Positions 18,641 to 27,900 of a stretch of 64,000 nt of DNA are shown piece after piece. The notes below the pieces were generated by a model that saw only the letters and a program-made list of their open reading frames with translations, was not told the DNA's origin and searched no databases. Each line of letters opens with the position of its first letter. Position 1 is the first letter of the stretch. The position numbers and the translations under genes are program-made. Origin of the DNA: Chitinophagales bacterium. GTDB taxonomy: Bacteria > Bacteroidota > Bacteroidia > Chitinophagales > Chitinophagaceae. Location of the stretch: positions 2,408 through 66,407 of the forward strand of contig JBBREY010000001.1 in the NCBI GenBank assembly GCA_038225275.1, given 5' to 3'.

Positions 18641-21583
18641 TTAGAATGGAAGTTGCAATTTTATACTTGTTCCTTTCATTGGGGCACTTACAATACTACA
18701 AACCCCTTTCATTTCTTTAGCACGCATTTGCATATTTAAAATACCATTTCTTTCGGTGGGCTTCTCTACATCAAAGCCTTTACCATCGTCAGTTATAGAG
18801 CAGCTGATCACTTTGTTTTTTTCTTCTAATACCACAGAGCATGTAATACAATCGGAATATTTGGCAACATTATTTACTGCCTCTTTAAAAATTACGAAAA
18901 GGTTTTGTCTAACTGCTTCCCCTATTTTTTGGTCACTTGTTATATCGCTGTGTGTAAAATTAAATTTGATATTTTTCGCTTGCAATAATGGTCGGGCAAA
19001 ACCGTCCATGCGATCTACCAGGTTTTTAACTTTATCATTTTTGGGATTGGTACTCCAGATAATATCATCTAGTTTACCTAATGCATCCTGCGTATTTTCT
19101 TCAATGCTATTTATAAAATCATTTTCCTGTGGCTGCAATTTTGCAACTTGTGTATACATATTTATAGCGCTTAAAGTACTCCCAATATCATCGTGTAGAT
19201 TCTGGCTAATTTTTCGCCTCACGGCAAGCACTTTTTTCAATTGCCTTATTCTAAAATTGTATAAAATAAAAAGAAGCGCCGTTACAAAAAGCACAACTAT
19301 TATCTTAAAGAGAAGCGTTTGGTACCATTTGGGAAGAAAGAAAAGAGCGAAACTTTGAAACAATACCTCTTGATTTGTTGTCGCTTTTACTTTTACTTCT
19401 AAATTGTATTTTCCGGGGCTAACTCCAATTAACGTTACAGAATTTTTAGAGCCAATATTTATCCATTCATTAGATATTTCAGCGAGCCTGTAATAATAAA
19501 TTAAACTATCAGAAAGAGGAAATTGCATAGCCTGAAAGTTTATGGTAGTCTGTACTGTGTTGGAATTTATTTTAAAACTGTTTATCTCTTCAATGTCGTA
19601 TTTAAAGATATTACCACCGTTTTGCAACATTTCTACATTTGTAAAAATGGGATGTATGTCGGGCATAGAGGATGCAAGGACAACCTGTAGATTTACAGCA
19701 CTGAACCCTTTTTTACCACCAACGTAAATTATATTTTTGAATTGGCCCCCGCTGAACTGTTCAAATGCATTGTTGTGCAGCCCTTGAAATTTATAATACT
19801 GCTTAACAATATTTTTATTGATATATATAAAATTTAAGCCGTTGTTACTTGTAGCCAAACACGCAGTATCACCAATATTAAAAAGTTCATAAACACCATC
19901 GTTGGATAGACCCATTTTCGTATTTATTATTTTCAAAGGCTTCAATGAACTATCACATACAACTATCCCGTTACCATAACTGGAAATAAAGTATTTATTT
20001 CCAATTCTGCACATATCCATGAAAATCCCATAAAATTTGTCGCCATAATTTACTTTGGTAATTCTTCGCTGCTTTGTTACAAGATTATAATAATAGATGG
20101 CGGTATCGCCCAATAAGAAGAGATCGTTTTTATGTAAATAAAGGTTGTTGGATTGAGTAATTTTTTTATGGTCGAAAATAAACATCGTATCAAATGTTGC
20201 AACGTGCTTTTTTACATCCCACATAAATAAGCCTTTTCCATTAAAACTTGATAATAATAATGACTTATCAGGCAACTGAACATAACTACCAATTGCAAAG
20301 TTTCCGAAAGGCTTTAACTCGGGAAATTTATTTATCGCAGGCAGTAACTGCTGTTGACTATTTAAATAAAACAATCGGCTTGTACCTGAAATCAACCAGG
20401 TATTATCATGTAAGGGTATTGTTTGTAAAAAGGCTTCCTTATTAGATATTGTAGATAAAACATTTGAATTTATATCTAATTGATAAAGGCCTTTTTCAGA
20501 CGATATCAGAATAAGTTTTTTAACTGAATCTACCGTAATATGATAAATCTGACCTAATGGGGATCCGCTGGATGTGGCATTATAACGCTTTAATCCACAA
20601 CCGGGTGACCATATTGAAAGACCATTTTGTAATCCTAAATAAAAGCAATTACCAATTTTACTAATACAGCTTATAGTAGCATTAGATGGCGCATCTACAT
20701 TTGAATTTTCAGGAATAATAATTTCACCGATACCATTTTTTAATTGGTACAAATGCTGCCTGGTTGAATAGTAGATATTATTTAAACTATCTTTTTCCAG
20801 CGATAAAATATTTTCTCCGTTATTTATTTTTTTTGTGAAACCCGTTTTTGAGAAATTCAGGTTAATTTGTTCCAAACCGCTTAACCCTGCCATGAATAAA
20901 ATGTCGTTAGATACGATAATTTTTATGTACTTACTATTTATAGGAACTACTGAATTAAGATTTACAGTTTTTACGGTTTGAATTTGATTACCTGTAATTT
21001 TATATTGCGATAAAATACTGTATGCATCAAGTGCGTAAAAATTATTATGCTCATCAACATAACTGGCGATGCATTTTAAATTTTCGAAAACCTGAACCTT
21101 TTCGGCTAAAAAAAAATTGGCTTTCTGTTTAATTTGAAATTTTATAAGGGCCGTTGATGATGCGATGTAAAAAAAATTATCAATGAAAAAAATTGACGAG
21201 TACTTTAAAGCAATGGTATGAGGAACAACTAACTGCTGAAAAAAATGTTTGTCAAACATCGTATTGTAGACTGCAAAACCATTGTTGGGGCAAGCAACCA
21301 GCAACATATTCTTTTGCTTTATGTAGCTGATAGTTTCAATTGATTTCCAATTTAATAACTGAGTACCAGTGCCTATTTCAAATTTTTCAAACGCCTTTCC
21401 ATCAAACCGATAAACCCCATCTTGGGTTCCCATCCACAAAAAACTTTTATTATCTTTCGTTAAACAAAGAACATTGTTTATTAAATTATCGGAATAGAAA
21501 TTTTCTTGTAAATGCTGGCAAAAAACATTGGTATGAAAGATTATTATAAAAAATAAATAAAACCCTAATCTTTTATGGATCAT
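18641..21583 (-). CDS. Sensor histidine kinase: periplasmic beta-propeller repeats + Y_Y_Y-like domain, one TM, HisKA_3 + HATPase
   Basis: Signal peptide MIHKRLGFYLFF... (ATG 21583); KDNKSFLWMGTQDGVYRFDG, GLSNDGV, PGKYNLEVK, WYQT+TM, SQNLHDDIGS, EAVNNVAKYS, DDGKGF, GILNM, GTSI. Confidence 0.92.
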   Translation of the reverse strand: MIHKRLGFYLFFIIIFHTNVFCQHLQENFYSDNLINNVLCLTKDNKSFLWMGTQDGVYRFDGKAFEKFEIGTGTQLLNWKSIETISYIKQKNMLLVACPNNGFAVYNTMFDKHFFQQLVVPHTIALKYSSIFFIDNFFYIASSTALIKFQIKQKANFFLAEKVQVFENLKCIASYVDEHNNFYALDAYSILSQYKITGNQIQTVKTVNLNSVVPINSKYIKIIVSNDILFMAGLSGLEQINLNFSKTGFTKKINNGENILSLEKDSLNNIYYSTRQHLYQLKNGIGEIIIPENSNVDAPSNATISCISKIGNCFYLGLQNGLSIWSPGCGLKRYNATSSGSPLGQIYHITVDSVKKLILISSEKGLYQLDINSNVLSTISNKEAFLQTIPLHDNTWLISGTSRLFYLNSQQQLLPAINKFPELKPFGNFAIGSYVQLPDKSLLLSSFNGKGLFMWDVKKHVATFDTMFIFDHKKITQSNNLYLHKNDLFLLGDTAIYYYNLVTKQRRITKVNYGDKFYGIFMDMCRIGNKYFISSYGNGIVVCDSSLKPLKIINTKMGLSNDGVYELFNIGDTACLATSNNGLNFIYINKNIVKQYYKFQGLHNNAFEQFSGGQFKNIIYVGGKKGFSAVNLQVVLASSMPDIHPIFTNVEMLQNGGNIFKYDIEEINSFKINSNTVQTTINFQAMQFPLSDSLIYYYRLAEISNEWINIGSKNSVTLIGVSPGKYNLEVKVKATTNQEVLFQSFALFFLPKWYQTLLFKIIVVLFVTALLFILYNFRIRQLKKVLAVRRKISQNLHDDIGSTLSAINMYTQVAKLQPQENDFINSIEENTQDALGKLDDIIWSTNPKNDKVKNLVDRMDGFARPLLQAKNIKFNFTHSDITSDQKIGEAVRQNLFVIFKEAVNNVAKYSDCITCSVVLEEKNKVISCSITDDGKGFDVEKPTERNGILNMQMRAKEMKGVCSIVSAPMKGTSIKLQLPF

Positions 21584-22639
21584 ACTATTTTTTTTCTTTT
21601 TGATGTAGGTGGAATGGGGGTTGATGAAGAACAAATCATCCATTCTAAATTAAAAGCAATATCCTTTAATGGCAACACGAAGCTAATTTACTTAAAAAAA
21701 AATAAGGGCGTGGCAAAAGATGCCGTCGTTGAATTTTCTATTTATAAGAATGGTGAAATTATTCTGCGCGATTGCAATTTTATGAATAAGCAACAGCTTG
21801 TTTATCTGCTGAATTCTTTTTATAACCCTTCAACAAAATTTTATCTCATTAACTGCATACATGGGTCTGGTTTTGGATATGGCGATTGTGGGGTGAACTC
21901 AGCGCATGAACAACAACTCTATGCCCACTATTTTGAAGGTATATTTTTTAAATTTGAATTTGTAGTTCAAAATATCTGTTACTCAGCGGGCATCGAAGAT
22001 CTATATTACTGGTCTTTAAAGACAGATAACATAATTGCTTCCCCCTACCTTACATCCATACAATTTGCAGATGTTGGCCATTGGATAGAAATAATTTTAG
22101 CGCAGCAACCCAACATGTTTGATGAAATTTATGACTCCTATATTAAATCGAGCATAACAGAACATACGGAAATTTCTCCTTTACTACCCGCATCTTCTAT
22201 CTGCAAATTTGATTTAAGGAAAATTGATTTCAGCGCAATTACTTCAGCGTTTAAAACTGCCGCATTAATCCTTAAAGAAAAAAACGATACGGAGTGGATC
22301 CAGATTTATTATGCCCAACGGAAGTTTATAGACACCAATACAACCCAACAGTTTTACGCTTTAACGGATGTTTTAAATGTTATTCCAACAGATTTATTAA
22401 GTGATAACACAAATAAGCGTTTAAAAAAACAGCGTCAATATCTCAAGTCCGCTACAGGTTGGTGGACTCCTGATAATAGCAATCACTTATTGAAAATATC
22501 GGCAACACTTTACATGCCCAGAAAAAAAACTAAAAGTTTGTATACTTACTATAACTTATTTTGGAAATCTATGGAACACCCATCTGAACTTTCAATAAGC
22601 CTAAATGAGTTTTACGAATATTTACCGATTTTCAAATAA
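21575..22639 (+). CDS. Divergent clostripain (C11, clan CD)-like cysteine peptidase without signal peptide
   Basis: YLINCIHGSGFG (His96) and FEFVVQNICYSAGIEDLY...DNIIASP (Cys135) mirror the C11 pattern LILWNHGxG...FDFIGFDACLMxxIEVAY...DYLIASE. Confidence 0.65.
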   Translation: MDHTIFFLFDVGGMGVDEEQIIHSKLKAISFNGNTKLIYLKKNKGVAKDAVVEFSIYKNGEIILRDCNFMNKQQLVYLLNSFYNPSTKFYLINCIHGSGFGYGDCGVNSAHEQQLYAHYFEGIFFKFEFVVQNICYSAGIEDLYYWSLKTDNIIASPYLTSIQFADVGHWIEIILAQQPNMFDEIYDSYIKSSITEHTEISPLLPASSICKFDLRKIDFSAITSAFKTAALILKEKNDTEWIQIYYAQRKFIDTNTTQQFYALTDVLNVIPTDLLSDNTNKRLKKQRQYLKSATGWWTPDNSNHLLKISATLYMPRKKTKSLYTYYNLFWKSMEHPSELSISLNEFYEYLPIFK

Positions 22640-22665
22640 TAAAAAATATCTGTTCTTAGTATTCT

Positions 22666-22959
22666 TTAATCTACATTACTTGAAGGAGGGACTTTAACAG
22701 AAATATCTGTGGTAATAGTAGTGCTTCCCACTTGGGTAAAGGCCAAAGTGTATCCGCTTTCATCTGTTTTTTTATTGATGATAATGCTCGTCTCAGCTCG
22801 GTTAAGAGAGATGTCTTTTTTTATGGGCACAATCATATGATTCTGATCGTTTAAAGACTGAGAGGCTATTTTTAATTCATCCATTTGCGTATCGCTCATC
22901 TTGTGTTTCGTTTGCCATGTTTTCATTTGTTGTTCAGTAACCATAAATACCTTCTTCAT
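22666..22959 (-). CDS. Hypothetical 97-aa soluble protein, probably co-transcribed with the response regulator
   Basis: ATG 19 nt after the regulator stop, AT-rich initiation region; no signal peptide or TM. Confidence 0.7.
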   Translation of the reverse strand: MKKVFMVTEQQMKTWQTKHKMSDTQMDELKIASQSLNDQNHMIVPIKKDISLNRAETSIIINKKTDESGYTLAFTQVGSTTITTDISVKVPPSSNVD

Positions 22960-22978
22960 AATAAATATAATTTGATAG

Positions 22979-23614
22979 TTAAAAAAACTTACTTATTTCT
23001 CCCCTACTCTTAATGTTTAATTTGGGGTAAATCGATTTTACATGTGAGTTCAGAGTATCAATGCTGATGTTAAAATCTTCAGCTATCTGTTTATAGCTTT
23101 TGCCTTCGTACAACTTTTTTAAAACTTCTTTCTGCCGAGGGGTAAGTTTAAAATCGTCTAACTTAATACTCAGGGTTTTTTCTTTTTGCAAAAAATGCGA
23201 CAATACTTTATTTGCTAAAGTGCCATTTAGTGGAAATTCTTCATTATAATTTCCGTTGTGCAGCATCCTCAGGCTATCAACAATTTTTAAAATACTGTCT
23301 TTGTCTTTTACTAGATAACCCTTGGCTCCATATTCCATGCATTTTATAACTACGTCTAACTCCGCATTTCCTGTAAGCATAACACATTGAACATCGGGGT
23401 AGTTTTCTGTAATTTCTTTTACTGCATCAAGGCCGTTTTTACCAGGCATGTTAATGTCCATCAATACAAGATCTGGCAGTTCAATTGCAAAGTTTTTTTC
23501 AATATTTAAGGCATTGCCAAGGGAATGAATAACTGAACAATCGGGAAAAGCGTTTAAACTTGTTACTAAGCATTCGCGGTACTTTTTGTTGTCTTCAATA
23601 ACTGCAATTAACAT
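22979..23614 (-). CDS. NarL/FixJ (REC + LuxR HTH) response regulator
   Basis: VIED, DLVLMDINMPG, MLT, GAKGYLVK, LTPRQKEVL...KSYKQIAE...HVKSIYPKL. Confidence 0.95.
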   Translation of the reverse strand: MLIAVIEDNKKYRECLVTSLNAFPDCSVIHSLGNALNIEKNFAIELPDLVLMDINMPGKNGLDAVKEITENYPDVQCVMLTGNAELDVVIKCMEYGAKGYLVKDKDSILKIVDSLRMLHNGNYNEEFPLNGTLANKVLSHFLQKEKTLSIKLDDFKLTPRQKEVLKKLYEGKSYKQIAEDFNISIDTLNSHVKSIYPKLNIKSRGEISKFF

Positions 23615-23857
23615 AGGCTGACTTATTTACCGTAAAAATAATTGATTGTTCTAAAATACATTATAAAATATATATCTCAATAATATAAGTAGCTTAATTA
23701 GGAAATTATATTTTTGAAAGCGGTAGAAGGAGCTTTTAGGTAAGATGATTTCACAAGAAAATTTTTCTCAAAAATCTAATGAATGTTTAATGGTGATTAT
23801 TTTTAGTAATACTTATTTCACTACTAAATAATATTCCTTGTCAGCATTAAAAATTTA

Positions 23858-24886
23858 TTAAAAAACATTTCGAGGACAGGCATCGCTGTATTTGTTTCCT
23901 AAAGTAAATCCTACGAGAATTTCATGAGTATTGCCTGTGTAAGTTCTTAGTCTACCTGTTGTGGCAACTTCGTAAGAATAACCAACATTTAAAGTGTTGG
24001 AAATATTAAAACCTGCTAGCGCAGAATAGCCTGCAAGAAAATCGGAATATCGATAACTACCGCCCACCCATACCTTATCCATGTATTGTAATTTGGCATT
24101 AAAATGCGCACCTAATAATTGAGGTTGCCAGTATTGTAACATCACAGAAGGAATGACCGTAAAATTCTCGCCTGCGGAAAAACGATAGCCTAAAGTGGCA
24201 AAATAGTTAGGCGTATAATATGTGCCATACTTGTTATTAGCTGTAAACTTAGCTTTACCAGGAACAATATTTAAAACAGAAATCCCTGCAAAATATCTTG
24301 CAGAATACAACCAAAGGCCTGCACCAATTTCAGGTTTTATTTTTTTTAATTCACCATTGGCAACACCAATGGCAGGGTCGTTGTTAGGGTCAGAAAAAGT
24401 GGCTTTGGTTGCATCCAAACTAATCCCCGAAATACCTACATTAAAACCTGCGGCCAATGTTGTTTTTACACTTATTGGTTTGTGATAAGCATACGAACCT
24501 GCAACAGTCCATCGGTTTATATAACCCGCTTTGTCATTCATTGCATAAAAACCAATACCATGGTGAGGCTCCGGCGCAGTATAGTCTTGCCAATACTGTT
24601 TGCCACGGGGGTTTTCGCCAGGCACAGCAAAAGATGTTGCACTAGTTCTATAATCAGATTTACCTATTGGTCCTTGTACGCTTATATAAGATGTAACAGG
24701 CGCACCATTAATGCCTGTCCACTGGTTTCTAAAACTTGCTTTTATATCTGTATAATTTTCTATACCTGCAAGCGCAGGGTTTAGAATATAATTATTTAAG
24801 ACATATTGGGTATAAGCAGGTTTAGCCTGCGCTTCAGCAACAATGGTAAAAATAACATATACCACAACCAACAATAATTTCTTCAT
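23858..24886 (-). CDS. PorP/SprF family T9SS outer-membrane protein
   Basis: YTQY..N.YILNPA.AG, RNQWTGINGAPVT, GYSYE, GNTHEI; directly downstream of a type B CTD cargo gene. Confidence 0.92.
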   Translation of the reverse strand: MKKLLLVVVYVIFTIVAEAQAKPAYTQYVLNNYILNPALAGIENYTDIKASFRNQWTGINGAPVTSYISVQGPIGKSDYRTSATSFAVPGENPRGKQYWQDYTAPEPHHGIGFYAMNDKAGYINRWTVAGSYAYHKPISVKTTLAAGFNVGISGISLDATKATFSDPNNDPAIGVANGELKKIKPEIGAGLWLYSARYFAGISVLNIVPGKAKFTANNKYGTYYTPNYFATLGYRFSAGENFTVIPSVMLQYWQPQLLGAHFNAKLQYMDKVWVGGSYRYSDFLAGYSALAGFNISNTLNVGYSYEVATTGRLRTYTGNTHEILVGFTLGNKYSDACPRNVF

Positions 24887-24966
24887 ACCAATATTTCTTT
24901 AACAACGCCCACAATTTATCTACGCTGAATTTTAAGTTTCGAAATTCGTTCTATAATAGCGATCAC

Positions 24967-27900
24967 CTATTTTACTATTGTCACATAACCGGTAATTGGC
25001 TTTCTGCCGCTGCCTGGCTCAATTATATAATAGTATGTATCAAATGGCAATGATTTTCCATTCATATTTCCATCCCAAGGTTTCGCATAGCCGTTGCTTT
25101 CAAAAACTTTTTGCCCTGTACGGGTAAATACTTGCACCTTATTACCAGGGTAAGTAAACAAATATTTTATTTCCCAAAAATCATGAATACCATCATTGTT
25201 TGGGGTAAATGTATTTGGTATTTCAGGGAACCTAAGCACTTTAATAAATACACTATCGGCTTTAACACAACCACCCTGCGCAGTCACGGTTATTTTATAA
25301 TTAATATCAACCAAAGGTTTTGCAATTGGATTAAGTATCGTAATAGAACTTAGATAAGCTGGCGAGGGATTTGACGTCCATAAATAAGTTAAATTATTAC
25401 CAATTGCAGTTGCCGCAATATTAAACGTTCCTCCTTCTAATACAACATCGTCAGGGCCAGCATCAACCACAGGGTAAGGATAAACTACGAACGATCGAAC
25501 AGTATCATCTACACACCCAAAACTATTTGTGAAGGTGAGTGTTACATTATAAGTTTTTGCTGTCCCGAAAGTATAAGGTGCCTGTATTTGCCCAAGACTA
25601 TTATTAGCATTTTCTCCATAATTCCACAACCATTTTAAGGGACTTCCGTCTGCAGGTGTGCTGTTATCAATTACAGTAACATTTTGGCCAAGGCAAACGC
25701 TTGTTTTATTAAAATTAAAACTGGCAACTGGTGCCGGGTGTATTGTATTTACTACTTTTATTATTGAATTTGTACAGCCTGTTATTGCTGAAGTAGCAAT
25801 TAATTTTACACTATGGGCTGTTTGTGTAAAATAGGTATGCGTAATTGGCTGCTGTAACGTACTGAGGTCGGTAACTAAAGTTGAAGGAAAATCAAAATTC
25901 CAGTTAAATGCCCAATCGCTAATATTTGGAGTAGTATTATTAAATAAAACTTTTGCCGCCGGCAAGCATGCAGTATCACTAAAAGTAAAGTTTGTTAATG
26001 GAAGCGGGTTCACTGTAAATGAAACTTGAAAAGGAATATTTCTGCAGCCGTATGCTGTCTCTAAAGTAAGAGTAGCCGATTGAATTCCCTGCGTTGAGTA
26101 AATATGTGTTACATCGGCACCGGTCGTCATCACCTGCAAAGGAGAACCGTCATTCCAGTTATAAATCCATTTTGCAACTAAACCATTACCATCTGTATAA
26201 GTGTTGTGAAAAATGATGCTATTTTGCAGACATTTATTGCCAACAGGTGCAAAAGTATTTACTACAGGCGGGGCCAACACTTTTACCTGCTGTATTTTAG
26301 ATGAATCGCATCCTGCAGCAGAAGTTACTTTATAAACAACATTGTTATTATTACCAACCACAACTCCTGTGGCTAATGGGTTAAAGGTATAAACACCACC
26401 CGCAAAAGTTACACCCAGCCCGGTATAAACTCCCGTGCCACCCGAAGCAGTACCTTGATTAAGCACAACTGGTCCACCATTTAAACATACATCTGGCACT
26501 TTTAAAAACGTTGCAATTGGCGATGCATGCACCAACACGTCTATCACAGTATCTTTTTGGCAAACTCCATTAAAACCTGAGTAAGCATAGTAGCGTACTT
26601 TGTAAACTTTATCTATCGGAAGATTCGGGTAATTATGTGTGTAAATTTTATTTGTACTTGGATTATTATCCTGATCAAATACAGTGGACGCACCTAAATA
26701 ATCCCAGTATATATCCGTTCTTATTAATCCACCAACGTTTACAACACTGTTGTCTGTAATTTGTACCGGTCTGTTAGAACAAAGATTGGCTGCGTTTAAC
26801 GTTGTAAACGAAGCACGAGTAACTTCTCCATTTATAAAAAATTGTTGGGTAGTATCAGCTATGCATCCACTGTTACTCGTTACTATTAATTTTACGGTTT
26901 TTTGCCCAACTGCTAAGTAAGTGTGTATCGGATTTTTATAAGCTAATGTGCTGCCTGCATACACCGGCGTACCATCACCAAAGTCCCATTGCCAAAAAAC
27001 TGAACTACCCCCTGTTATTTTACTTGTGTCAAAAAACTGTGCCTTGGCATCGGCAAGGCAAGCTGCCGGATTAATAAAACCCGCTATCGGTTTGCTGAAA
27101 ATAGTTATTGTTACAGTAAATAAATCGCTTACACATCCATTGTCAGATACCGTTTTAAAAGTAATTATTTTGTTGCCTGGCACCGCATATGAAAGGGTGA
27201 AAGGATTACCGTCGGTTCTTACATGAATACCCGTGCCATCACCGTAATCCCAAACCCACGATACAACAGTTCCCGTTGGTGCTACCCCAAATGATGGTGT
27301 AATTAATAATGATTTTAATTCACAAAATGGTCCTGTCGTTGTCAAACTTGCGGTTGGTTTTGGTTGCACAATTACTGACGCTGTACCCGTCTGGTTATTT
27401 GTACAAGCCGAAGCACTCGACTCTTGTACACTTACTAAATTATAAGCAAATGTTCCCGGCGTTGCGGTAGATGCAGCAACCGATATGGTATTTGTTGCAG
27501 CTGTTGTTGAAATTGTGAATGGTGAGCCATTTATTGTATACGAAAAAGTATACGGTGCCACGCCGCCTGAACCGGTGAAAGTTATCAGCGGGACAGTTGT
27601 GCTGGCTTGGCAAACAGTTACTGCATTTGTAGCAATTGTAGCAGTTGGTAAAGGCTTTACATTGACGGCAGCGGTTGTGTTTGTATAATTTTTCAAACAA
27701 CTTGCTGCGTCCTGTACAGCAATCAAGCTGTAACTGTAGGTACCAATTGTTGATGTTGGTACACTTACTGAAACAGTGCTACCCACCGTAGTTGTAACAG
27801 TTTGGTTTGATCCGCCATTTATGCTATAAGTGAATTTGTAAGGTGCAACTCCATTTGTGCCGGTAAAAACGATATTCGGAGCTGGAGAATTTTGACAGAC

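Noticed and set aside
18756-19358. 200-aa plus-strand ORF inside the kinase gene, and similar shadow ORFs (e.g. 1126-1563, 63033-63485)
   Set aside because: They are antisense to well-supported genes and have no recognisable motifs; typical shadow frames.
21584-21643. N-terminal extension of the kinase given by the ORF track (start 21643)
   Set aside because: The signal peptide begins at Met21 (21583), which has an A-rich upstream region typical of Bacteroidota starts.
21108-21702. A8-A9 homopolymers in the kinase and protease genes as phase-variation tracts
   Set aside because: Runs of this length are frequent throughout this AT-rich window and both frames are intact.
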